Shown in pieces: positions 18,267-25,920 of a DNA stretch of 45,242 bases (within the stretch, counting starts at the first letter, position 1; each line of letters starts with the position of its first letter). The notes under the pieces were generated by a model that made no database searches, was not told where the DNA came from, and saw only the letters and a program-made list of their open reading frames with translations. Origin of the DNA: Pseudomonadota bacterium (GTDB taxonomy: Bacteria; Bdellovibrionota; FAC87; UBA2466); contig JAYUGC010000197.1 in NCBI GenBank assembly GCA_043767805.1, forward strand, positions 1 to 45,242, given 5' to 3'. Position numbers and translations under genes: made by a program.

Positions 18267-19032
18267 GAGCGAGTCTTACCCGCTCCGACTCGGCGTAGGC
18301 AAACCTCAGTTGAGCCACGAGGCCTTTTCTATCTTCGACTGCGATATCTCTAAAACTCGCGGCCTTGAAAATTTTCTGCTGCAGCTCCCTATCGCGCGAG
18401 TCGGCGCGCGCGTTAAATTGAGCGAGCGCCTCAGCTACTCGATCCCATTCCCGGCCATCGCCGGCTTCCCATTGGATCCAGCCTCGCCCCTTCAAGGACC
18501 GAAGGAGAGTCACGGACTGAGACAAAACTTGGCGCGAGACCGGGCGCTCCAAAACTTCCCTAAGCACGCCGAAGACGGCGCTCCCCAAATGCCTAGCTGC
18601 GGAGCGTCTAGAATCGAGGCGGGACGCGCCATCGAGGAGCTTGTCTGCTGTCCGTACGAAGCGCGCGAACTGGCAGTCGGACAGCCCGAAGGCGAAAGAG
18701 ACGTCGATATCGCCCTCCGCCGGAAGCTCGGTCGCCAGAATTTTCCAGGCACTCAAGGTGCCGGTGGGGATCCCCGGATAGCGCCCCACCTGATCGGAGA
18801 GCAAGCCCAGCCTTTTATCGTCGAAGTCGACTTGGCCCGCCATCAGGTCTTCCCACTCTTTGAAATACGATTCGCAGTCCCGGGCACGATGTATGCCGCT
18901 TTTCGCCGCGGAAGCGAGGGCCTTTTCAACCGACTGGGGAGAGGAAACCCGCGTAGCCCGTTTTGACACCCAGTATCCGGTCAAGCCCAGCGCGGCGCCG
19001 AGTCCCAATACTGCGATCAAACGAACTTTCAA
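18226..19032 (-). CDS. hypothetical membrane-anchored alpha-helical protein
   Basis: TTG start 6 nt after AAGGAG; N-terminal TM KVRLIAVLGLGAALGLTGYW; overlaps the giant gene convergently by 41 nt. Confidence 0.65.
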   Translation of the reverse strand: MKVRLIAVLGLGAALGLTGYWVSKRATRVSSPQSVEKALASAAKSGIHRARDCESYFKEWEDLMAGQVDFDDKRLGLLSDQVGRYPGIPTGTLSAWKILATELPAEGDIDVSFAFGLSDCQFARFVRTADKLLDGASRLDSRRSAARHLGSAVFGVLREVLERPVSRQVLSQSVTLLRSLKGRGWIQWEAGDGREWDRVAEALAQFNARADSRDRELQQKIFKAASFRDIAVEDRKGLVAQLRFAYAESERVRLALKGPLSRIVVPLQ

Positions 19033-19172
19033 AGCTAACTCCTTATTTCGAAACCCGAGTCTTTGATGACCATTAGCGGCATGAGTCTCGCCGGTACCAT
19101 TTGGGCAAGCATTCCTCTCCCAATGGTTTTCCCGCAATGTTACATTAAGCTTTGAGCTTCCACGACACATCC

Positions 19173-20006
19173 ATGAGTAGGGCAATGATCATTCGGCGGG
19201 TATTTCTTTTTGGCCTCTTCGTCCTTCCGATGGCCCATGCCGCAAACATCGGCATTACGAAGACGCGTGACCTGACCTTCACCAGAGCCGCCCAAGGAGA
19301 TGTGGCCGCCGCCGAGGCGGCCTCTAGCGGAAATTCCAATAGCGCAAAGTTCACCGTCACGGGGGATGCGGGGAAAACCTATACGGTCACCTTGCCCACG
19401 ACCGCCTCGATGACCGGAGCGGGCGCTCCGGTCGCGACCAACACTTTTACCCAGTCGTCGGCCAATAGCTATACGCTGACCGGCGGTACAGATTTTCTCT
19501 ACATCGGCGCGACTCGCGCAGCGATTCCCGGCGGACAAACCGCGGGCGCTTACGCTTCGAACTTCCAGATTGGCGTGCGTTATACCGTCGGCGGCAAAAC
19601 GGCCCAGGCCTGGACGTCGGGAAGCCTCAATATCCTCATTACGATTGCGGTCTCCAAAGTAGCGGACCTACTTTTCGGCGAAGACGCGACGGGCGCCATC
19701 GCGAAAACGATTAACCCGGCGAGCGATACGGGCCGGGCCCAGTTCACGGTGACCGGACAACCGAGCACCGCGTACCAAATCACGCTGCCCACCGACGGAA
19801 CGATCAGCATGATTACCGGCGCTGGCGCGACGGCCGACACGCAAATCCCCGTCACCACTTTCACCTCGAGCCCGACCTCTCCGGCCACCCTGCCGGTGGG
19901 CGGAACCCAGACGGTGTATGTCGGTGGAACGCGGGCGGCGGTGCGCGCCACACAGACGGCAGGCAGCTACACGGCGTCTTTCCAGATTACCGTGACTTAC
20001 CAATAG
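19173..20006 (+). CDS. secreted protein with two tandem DUF4402-like (fimbrial subunit-like) domains
   Basis: Two copies of the pattern L.F...A.FTVTG....Y.(V/I)TLPT....F....(I/V)G.TR....QTAG.Y...FQI.V.Y; signal peptide ending AHA (start 19173 or 19185). Confidence 0.8.
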   Translation: MSRAMIIRRVFLFGLFVLPMAHAANIGITKTRDLTFTRAAQGDVAAAEAASSGNSNSAKFTVTGDAGKTYTVTLPTTASMTGAGAPVATNTFTQSSANSYTLTGGTDFLYIGATRAAIPGGQTAGAYASNFQIGVRYTVGGKTAQAWTSGSLNILITIAVSKVADLLFGEDATGAIAKTINPASDTGRAQFTVTGQPSTAYQITLPTDGTISMITGAGATADTQIPVTTFTSSPTSPATLPVGGTQTVYVGGTRAAVRATQTAGSYTASFQITVTYQ

Positions 20007-20151
20007 GGCGGGCGTGGCGCTTCACGAAGCGTCTACCCGCGATGAGCGGAAGCGCGAAGAGCAGCGCAATCAGGAAGCAGAAGGAATGGAAACGGTCGCT
20101 AAAAGTGAAATTTTCCTGTCTAATCAAGACGGCACCGAACGCGCCCGAATG

Positions 20152-21258
20152 CTACGCCAGCCGCTCCTCGAGAATTTTCAAGATCCGCGACGCCGCCCGC
20201 CCATCCCCAAAGGGGTTCTGCGCTTTTGACATGGAGTCGTAGAGAGACGAATGGGGTTGCACAAGCGCCTCAAGCGTCTCCGCGATAAGTTTCGGGTCCG
20301 TCCCCACAAGCCGCGCGCAACCGGCGGTGACCGCTTCGGGCCGTTCCGTGTTCTCGCGCAAAACGACGACGGGCTTTCCGAAAGTCGGCGCCTCTTCCTG
20401 CAAACCGCCCGAGTCGGTAATGACGAAGTGACAGTCGCGCAAGCTTTGCACCAGCTCTCCGTAGCCAAGGGGAGCCACAAGCGAAATATTGGAGGCCTTC
20501 GAAAAATTCGCGGCCGCCGTCGCTTTCACGTTCGGGTTCGGGTGCACGGGATAGATGATATGATAGTCCGGATGTTTTTCCGCGAATCCCCGGATGGCCT
20601 TAAACGAGCGGTCCATCGGCTCGCCGAAACTTTCCCGCCGGTGAGACGTCATGAGCACGAGCTTTTTTCCTCGGTACAATTTCTCCAGCGAATCGAAGCG
20701 CACGTTTTTGGCATTCGCCCAGACGAGACTATCAATCCCGGTATTACCCGTAAGAAACACGCTGGTCTCGTCGACATTTTCCTTGAGGAGATTGTCGACT
20801 GACTTTTGCGTCGGGGCAAAATGAAGCGCCGCGAAGGTACCGATGAGCTTTCGGTTAATCTCCTCCGGAAACGGGGAATAAATATTGCCGGTGCGAAGGC
20901 CCGCTTCGACGTGCGCCACGGGAATCTTCAGATAAAACGCGGCGAGGCCCGCGGTGAAAGCGGTGGTGGTGTCGCCTTGAACGAGCACGACCGCCGGCTT
21001 TACTTCGGAAAGAATCCGTTTCATGCCGAGAAGCGCCCCGGAGGTGACGTCGAAAAGATCTTGGTTGGGCCGCATCAGATCCAGATCGAAATCGGGCTTT
21101 ACCTCGAGAAAAGCGAGCTCGTTGTCCAATAGGTCCCGGTGCTGGGCGGTCGCGCACGACACGGGCTCGAATTTTTTAGAGGCGGCGCACGCCCGGATGA
21201 CGGGCGCCATCTTGATCACCTCGGGCCGGGTCCCAAAAACGATGAGTGCTTTTTTCAC
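20152..21258 (-). CDS. wecB: UDP-N-acetylglucosamine 2-epimerase (non-hydrolysing)
   Basis: FGTRPEVIKMAP, QGDTTT, HVEAGLRT, PFPEEINR, HRRESFG, TDSGGLQEEAP, NPFGDG. Confidence 0.97.
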   Translation of the reverse strand: MKKALIVFGTRPEVIKMAPVIRACAASKKFEPVSCATAQHRDLLDNELAFLEVKPDFDLDLMRPNQDLFDVTSGALLGMKRILSEVKPAVVLVQGDTTTAFTAGLAAFYLKIPVAHVEAGLRTGNIYSPFPEEINRKLIGTFAALHFAPTQKSVDNLLKENVDETSVFLTGNTGIDSLVWANAKNVRFDSLEKLYRGKKLVLMTSHRRESFGEPMDRSFKAIRGFAEKHPDYHIIYPVHPNPNVKATAAANFSKASNISLVAPLGYGELVQSLRDCHFVITDSGGLQEEAPTFGKPVVVLRENTERPEAVTAGCARLVGTDPKLIAETLEALVQPHSSLYDSMSKAQNPFGDGRAASRILKILEERLA

Positions 21259-22034
21259 AGTTTGAGCCTCGTAAAATCGGATGCGGACCCGAGCGCCACG
21301 AAGGGAGAAACGACCGCGCTTGGAGAGTTATAAGTGAGAGGGCCACCTTCGGGAAGCGCGCAGATGGCGCCGCCCGCTTCAGAGACGATGATCTGCCCCG
21401 CGGCAACATCCCACTCATGACAGCCGCGCAGGCGCGGAAACAGATTTCCCGTGCCGTCGGCGATGCGGCCGAACTTCAAGGCCGAGCCCACCGCGGTCGC
21501 CTGGGTCACGTGGTTTCTCTCGAGGAAAACAGTGGTCTCCCCGCCATCATGAAACCGGCTTCGGACCGCGGCCCACGGACCCCCACTTCCTTTGGTCTTA
21601 AGGCGCGCGCGCTGACCCGCGCGCGTGAGAAAGCTGCCCTTCCCGCTTTCCGCTTCGTAGAGCTCGTCCAGGACCGGCGCATAAATCATCCCGATGCGGG
21701 GCTGGCCGTTGGTGATGAGAGCAATGCAAACCGTGAAGTCTTTTTCTCCGGCGAGAAAGTCCTTGGTGCCGTCCAGGGGATCGACCAGCCAGTACTCGCT
21801 CCAATGGCGGCGGGTCTCATAAGCGATGACTCCCTCTTCACAAAAGACCGGCGCGTCCCATATCCGGGGTAGCTCCTTTGCCAGATAAATCGACGCCGCG
21901 AGATCCGCGTCGGTGACCTGGCTATCGTCGGGCTTTCGCCGGATGACGAGATCGGGCGACTTGTAGTGGGTGAGCAAGATGCGGCCCGCTTCTCTTGCCG
22001 CTAACGCCAAAGGAGGAAGTAAGTTTTGAGGCAC
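21255..22034 (-). CDS. cysQ: 3'(2'),5'-bisphosphate nucleotidase
   Basis: VTDADLA, CEE, WLVDPLDGTKDF, FTVCIALI, GSALKF, EWDVAAG; GTGA overlap with wecB; GTG start at 22034 chosen. Confidence 0.92.
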   Translation of the reverse strand: MPQNLLPPLALAAREAGRILLTHYKSPDLVIRRKPDDSQVTDADLAASIYLAKELPRIWDAPVFCEEGVIAYETRRHWSEYWLVDPLDGTKDFLAGEKDFTVCIALITNGQPRIGMIYAPVLDELYEAESGKGSFLTRAGQRARLKTKGSGGPWAAVRSRFHDGGETTVFLERNHVTQATAVGSALKFGRIADGTGNLFPRLRGCHEWDVAAGQIIVSEAGGAICALPEGGPLTYNSPSAVVSPFVALGSASDFTRLKL

Positions 22035-22076
22035 CCGCTCATTATAAACCTCTCTTCCCGCCGACAAAGCCCTTCG

Positions 22077-22105
22077 TTGACTTGACACAATGCGGTAATT
22101 AATCT
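22077..22105 (+). promoter_or_regulatory. putative sigma-70 promoter for the OPT gene
   Basis: TTGACT-N17-TAATCT about 30 nt upstream of the ATG. Confidence 0.45.
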
Positions 22106-22136
22106 GGTTCCTTAGCTTTCCCAGGTGGAGGTGTTC

Positions 22137-24314
22137 ATGCAGTCTGAGTTCAAGCCCTTCGTTCCCGCGTCGTCCCGTATTCCCGAGCTGACCGTCGGCC
22201 CCGTCATAATGGGGGTCATCCTGGGGATCGTGTTCGGCGCTTCTTCCTTATACCTGGCCCTGAAGGTGGGGATGACGGTGAGCGCCTCGATTCCAGTGGC
22301 GGTACTCTCCATTACCCTCTTCCGCGGGCTCTCGAAAGTTTTCGGATTCCGGCGAGCGACCATCTTAGAGAACAACATCGTGCAGACCACCGGGTCGGCC
22401 GGTGAGTCCATCGCCTTCGGGATCGCGGTCACCATGCCGGCGCTCCTCATTCTCGGTTACGAGATGGAGCTGACCCGCATCATGCTCGTCGCGGTCTTGG
22501 GCGGCTTGCTTGGCGTGCTCATGATGATCCCGCTCCGCTACGCGCTCATCGTGAAATCCCACGGAGAGCTCGCCTATCCAGAAGGAACGGCCTGCGCCGA
22601 AGTGCTTCAAGCCGGCGAACGTGGCGGCACGAGCGCGAAGACGGTATTTGCCGGATTCTTCTTGGGACTTGGCTATAAGTTTTTAAACCTCGGCCTCAAA
22701 CTTTGGAACGACGTTCCCGAAAAAGCCATCACTTGGTTCAAGGGCGCGACGGTCGCCGCCGAAGTCTCCCCCGAACTCTTGGGCGTCGGTTACATCATCG
22801 GGCCGCGCATCGCCTGCATCATGGTAGGCGGCGGTATTCTCTCCAGCTGGGTGCTTACGCCCATGATCAAGCTTTTCGGCGACGGTCTGACGACGCCGCT
22901 CTTTCCGGCGACCAAAACCATCGCCGCCATGTCGACTCACGAGATTTGGCGCGCCTACGTGCTCTACATCGGCGCGGGCGCGGTAGCCGCGGGCGGTATC
23001 ATCAGCCTCGCGCAGAGTCTTCCCACCATCGTGCGCGGAGCGCGCTCGGGTCTGGGCAGTCTCAAGAATAACGGCACCAAAATAGTGAAGACGTTGCGTA
23101 CCGAGCACGATCTCCCCATGAAGTGGGTGCTCATCGGTGTCCTCGCTTTGGTGGCCGCCCTCTGGATGGCGCCTTCCCTTCATTTGAATCTCGCGGGCGC
23201 GGTTCTCATCGTGCTCTTCGGTTTCCTTTTCGTCACGGTCAGCTCCCGCCTCACGGGTGAGATTGGCTCCTCTTCCAATCCCATTTCCGGAATGACGGTG
23301 GCGACTTTGCTCATCACGAGCTTGGTCTTTCTCGCCATGGGTTGGGTGGATGGTCCGTACCGCGTGACGGCGCTTAGCATCGCGGCCATCGTTTGCGTAG
23401 CGGCCTCGAACGGCGGCACGACCTCTCAGGATTTGAAGACGGGTTACCTCGTCGGCGCGACGCCGAGCGCGCAGCAGATTTCGCTGCTCATCGGCGCGCT
23501 CACCTCGGCGCTGGTCATCGGTTACACCTTGAACGTGCTGAACGATGCTTCCACGATCTACTCGAAGAAGGCCGTTCCGGAAGGCATCGTCATCGATAAC
23601 CTCGGGACGCTAACTCAGACGGAAACGGTTAAAGATCCTTCGTTCTCCGAAGATAAAGCGAGCTACCACGTTTTGCGCGTCATGGAGACGCCGGCGGCGG
23701 GGCCCTTGTCTAAGCTCGCTCCCGGGAAATACCTCGTCGACGACGCGAGCACGGTGCGCTACCTCGTCGATCCCGGCATCAACGGCAACCTAGCCCACCG
23801 GGACAACGGAGCGCCCGTTCAGAAATACGAGGCGCCCAAAGCGCGTCTCATGTCGCTCATCATCGACGGCATTCTCACTCAGAAGCTGCCTTGGGGACTG
23901 GTGCTCCTCGGCGTTTCGATTGCCATCGTTCTCGAGCTTTGCGGCATCGCTTCGCTCCCGTTCGCGGTGGGCGTGTACTTGCCGCTTTCCGCTTCCGCGC
24001 CGATTTTCTTTGGCGGCGTGGTTCGCTGGATCGTGGAAAAGGTCGTTGCCCGGCGTGAAGGCGGCCGCAAACAGACCGACGAGGAAGCGGAGACCGGTCC
24101 CGGCATTCTCTTCTCGTCGGGCCTCATCGCGGGCGGTTCCATCGCCGGCATCGGCCTTGCGATCTTGTCGCTACAAGGCAGCTGGAGCGCCGCGCTCGAC
24201 ATCAGCGCGAATCACCCGAGCTTACTGGAGAACCAGTGGGTACCTTGGGTGGTTTTCACGGCGATGATGATCGTGCTCTTCAAAGTAGGCACGGATAAAC
24301 CGAAGAAGGCTTAA
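22137..24314 (+). CDS. oligopeptide transporter, OPT family
   Basis: YLALKVGMTVSASIPVAV, ENNIVQTTGSAGES, YPEGTACAEVL, GSSSNPISGMT, SQDLKTGYLVGATP, LPFAVGVYLP; GGAGG SD before ATG 22137. Confidence 0.95.
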   Translation: MQSEFKPFVPASSRIPELTVGPVIMGVILGIVFGASSLYLALKVGMTVSASIPVAVLSITLFRGLSKVFGFRRATILENNIVQTTGSAGESIAFGIAVTMPALLILGYEMELTRIMLVAVLGGLLGVLMMIPLRYALIVKSHGELAYPEGTACAEVLQAGERGGTSAKTVFAGFFLGLGYKFLNLGLKLWNDVPEKAITWFKGATVAAEVSPELLGVGYIIGPRIACIMVGGGILSSWVLTPMIKLFGDGLTTPLFPATKTIAAMSTHEIWRAYVLYIGAGAVAAGGIISLAQSLPTIVRGARSGLGSLKNNGTKIVKTLRTEHDLPMKWVLIGVLALVAALWMAPSLHLNLAGAVLIVLFGFLFVTVSSRLTGEIGSSSNPISGMTVATLLITSLVFLAMGWVDGPYRVTALSIAAIVCVAASNGGTTSQDLKTGYLVGATPSAQQISLLIGALTSALVIGYTLNVLNDASTIYSKKAVPEGIVIDNLGTLTQTETVKDPSFSEDKASYHVLRVMETPAAGPLSKLAPGKYLVDDASTVRYLVDPGINGNLAHRDNGAPVQKYEAPKARLMSLIIDGILTQKLPWGLVLLGVSIAIVLELCGIASLPFAVGVYLPLSASAPIFFGGVVRWIVEKVVARREGGRKQTDEEAETGPGILFSSGLIAGGSIAGIGLAILSLQGSWSAALDISANHPSLLENQWVPWVVFTAMMIVLFKVGTDKPKKA

Positions 24315-24351
24315 GACAAAGACGAATGCGATCGCATACGCATGCTCTTTT

Positions 24352-24981
24352 TTAGAAGAACGTGACGACTAGGCCCACGCCGGCGTCGATGAAGGTGACC
24401 GAAGTGGCTTTGACCGCGCTGGTTAGGATGCCCTTTAGCCAGAGCGAGTAGCCCATGCCGAAATGATCGGCGATGGGAAACGTCGCCTGGTGCTCCAGAT
24501 GCACGCCGATGGCGCCCTGACTTTCTCCCGAGAACGAAGGCGAGTAGGCGCCGCGGAAACTGCCGAGCGGCCGCGCGTACACGAGGCCCAGCCGATAGGT
24601 TTCCCGTGCCACGCTGTTTAACATGCCGGCGCCGCGATTAAAGACCACGCCCACAACCAAGTCCGCGAAATTCGCCGTGGCGGACGCGCCCAAAGCAGTC
24701 AGCGCGCGGTCGGTGAAATGCAGTTCCGCGAAACTTCCCCAGCTGGGGCCGAAGAAATAACTCGCGCCTAGTCCGCCCAGCGGGGCCACGCGATTCGTGG
24801 AGCCGCTACGGGCCGCGAAGGAAGCGAGACCCAGGCCCGCTTTGACGTCGTAGAAAAATCCGGGGCGATCTTCATAGCCCACGAAGACGCCGAAGTCGGA
24901 GTCGTCCGGCGGAGGCGCCGCCCTCGCCGTCAGAGCCAAAACCGCTAAACCAAGCCCCAGAACCTTTGCGAAACCCGACAT
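24352..24981 (-). CDS. putative small outer-membrane beta-barrel protein
   Basis: Signal peptide MSGFAKVLGLGLAVLALTARA; alternating strands; C-terminal aromatic (VGLVVTFF). Confidence 0.7.
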   Translation of the reverse strand: MSGFAKVLGLGLAVLALTARAAPPPDDSDFGVFVGYEDRPGFFYDVKAGLGLASFAARSGSTNRVAPLGGLGASYFFGPSWGSFAELHFTDRALTALGASATANFADLVVGVVFNRGAGMLNSVARETYRLGLVYARPLGSFRGAYSPSFSGESQGAIGVHLEHQATFPIADHFGMGYSLWLKGILTSAVKATSVTFIDAGVGLVVTFF

Positions 24982-25003
24982 GCGGGAAAGTGTAACACAG
25001 ACG

Positions 25004-25037
25004 AAAAAACGCCCTCGAGGGGGATCCCCCCGAGGGC
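25004..25037 (-). terminator. intrinsic terminator
   Basis: GC-rich hairpin GCCCTCG..CGAGGGC followed by GTTTTTT on the minus strand, downstream of the 25094-25783 gene. Confidence 0.75.
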
Positions 25038-25055
25038 TCGGAAAGGCGAGCAGCG

Positions 25056-25094
25056 GCCCATCACCGTTCAAGCGAAGCTTGAACGGTGATGGGC
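25056..25094. repeat. perfect 18-bp inverted repeat
   Basis: GCCCATCACCGTTCAAGC-GAA-GCTTGAACGGTGATGGGC directly abutting the stop codon. Confidence 0.9.
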
Positions 25095-25783
25095 TACAAG
25101 TGGTTAGACAGTTCGTTCAAGACGTGGACTTTGCGCTCCTGCATCTTCTCTTCCTGCTTTTTGACGACCTGCTCCTGGAAGGAGCGAGTTCCGATCATCC
25201 AGGGGCGTTCGATTTGGCTCGTGTAGCGCATCGTAACTTTGTACCAGCCGGCGCGAGAGCCAGGCGTGATGTCGACCTCGTCGACCACCTGCTTTAAGTA
25301 TTTCGCCGAGCCTTCGGAAGGCGTCCGCGTGGAGGTGAACACGCTGCGAAGCCGCGTGAAACCATCCGTCGCGATATCCGTGCGGCCTTCGAGGGCGGCG
25401 CTCTCCGTCGCGGTTTGTACCCGCACGGCGACGTCAAACGCAATGCTCGGCAAGCCTTCGAAGTTGTGGATGTAGGGGCCGGCGGCGACCGTAGACACCG
25501 CGAGCGGAAGCTCATTGATCAAATGACGGCGGGCTTCGACGAGCCCTCCGCCTTGAGTGCCTTCCACTTCGCAGTCGAGGGCAACCGTTCCCGAAAAGAG
25601 ATTGTGCTTAACCGAAGGCGCGGTCTGCCAATACGTCTGGCCGCATTGCCACTGCTGAGCCGCGAGATAGATGGGGCGATCCTGATCCGCCACGAGCGTG
25701 TGGGAGAACATACCGCCGCCAATCATCTGCATGATGAGCGTGATGATCGACATGATGATTTGAATGATCGTAAAGAAGTCCAT
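25094..25783 (-). CDS. hypothetical protein with unusual hydrophobic N-terminus
   Basis: GGAGG SD before ATG 25783; MDFFTIIQIIMSIITLIMQMIGGG followed by an alpha/beta domain. Confidence 0.75.
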   Translation of the reverse strand: MDFFTIIQIIMSIITLIMQMIGGGMFSHTLVADQDRPIYLAAQQWQCGQTYWQTAPSVKHNLFSGTVALDCEVEGTQGGGLVEARRHLINELPLAVSTVAAGPYIHNFEGLPSIAFDVAVRVQTATESAALEGRTDIATDGFTRLRSVFTSTRTPSEGSAKYLKQVVDEVDITPGSRAGWYKVTMRYTSQIERPWMIGTRSFQEQVVKKQEEKMQERKVHVLNELSNHL

Positions 25784-25920
25784 GAATCCTCCAAAAAAAC
25801 GCCGCGGGAAAACGCGGGGGACCGCGCGATGTTGACGCATAGCGTATCGGTAGCCCATTCGAGGGCTTAACCCAGTGAATTATGTTTTTGAGAGCACGCG
25901 GGCTTGACCAGGAAATCAGC

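Noticed and set aside
24315..24352. Bidirectional terminator between OPT and the OMP gene
   Set aside because: Only a short palindrome (ATGCGATCGCAT) and an imperfect stem; too weak to call
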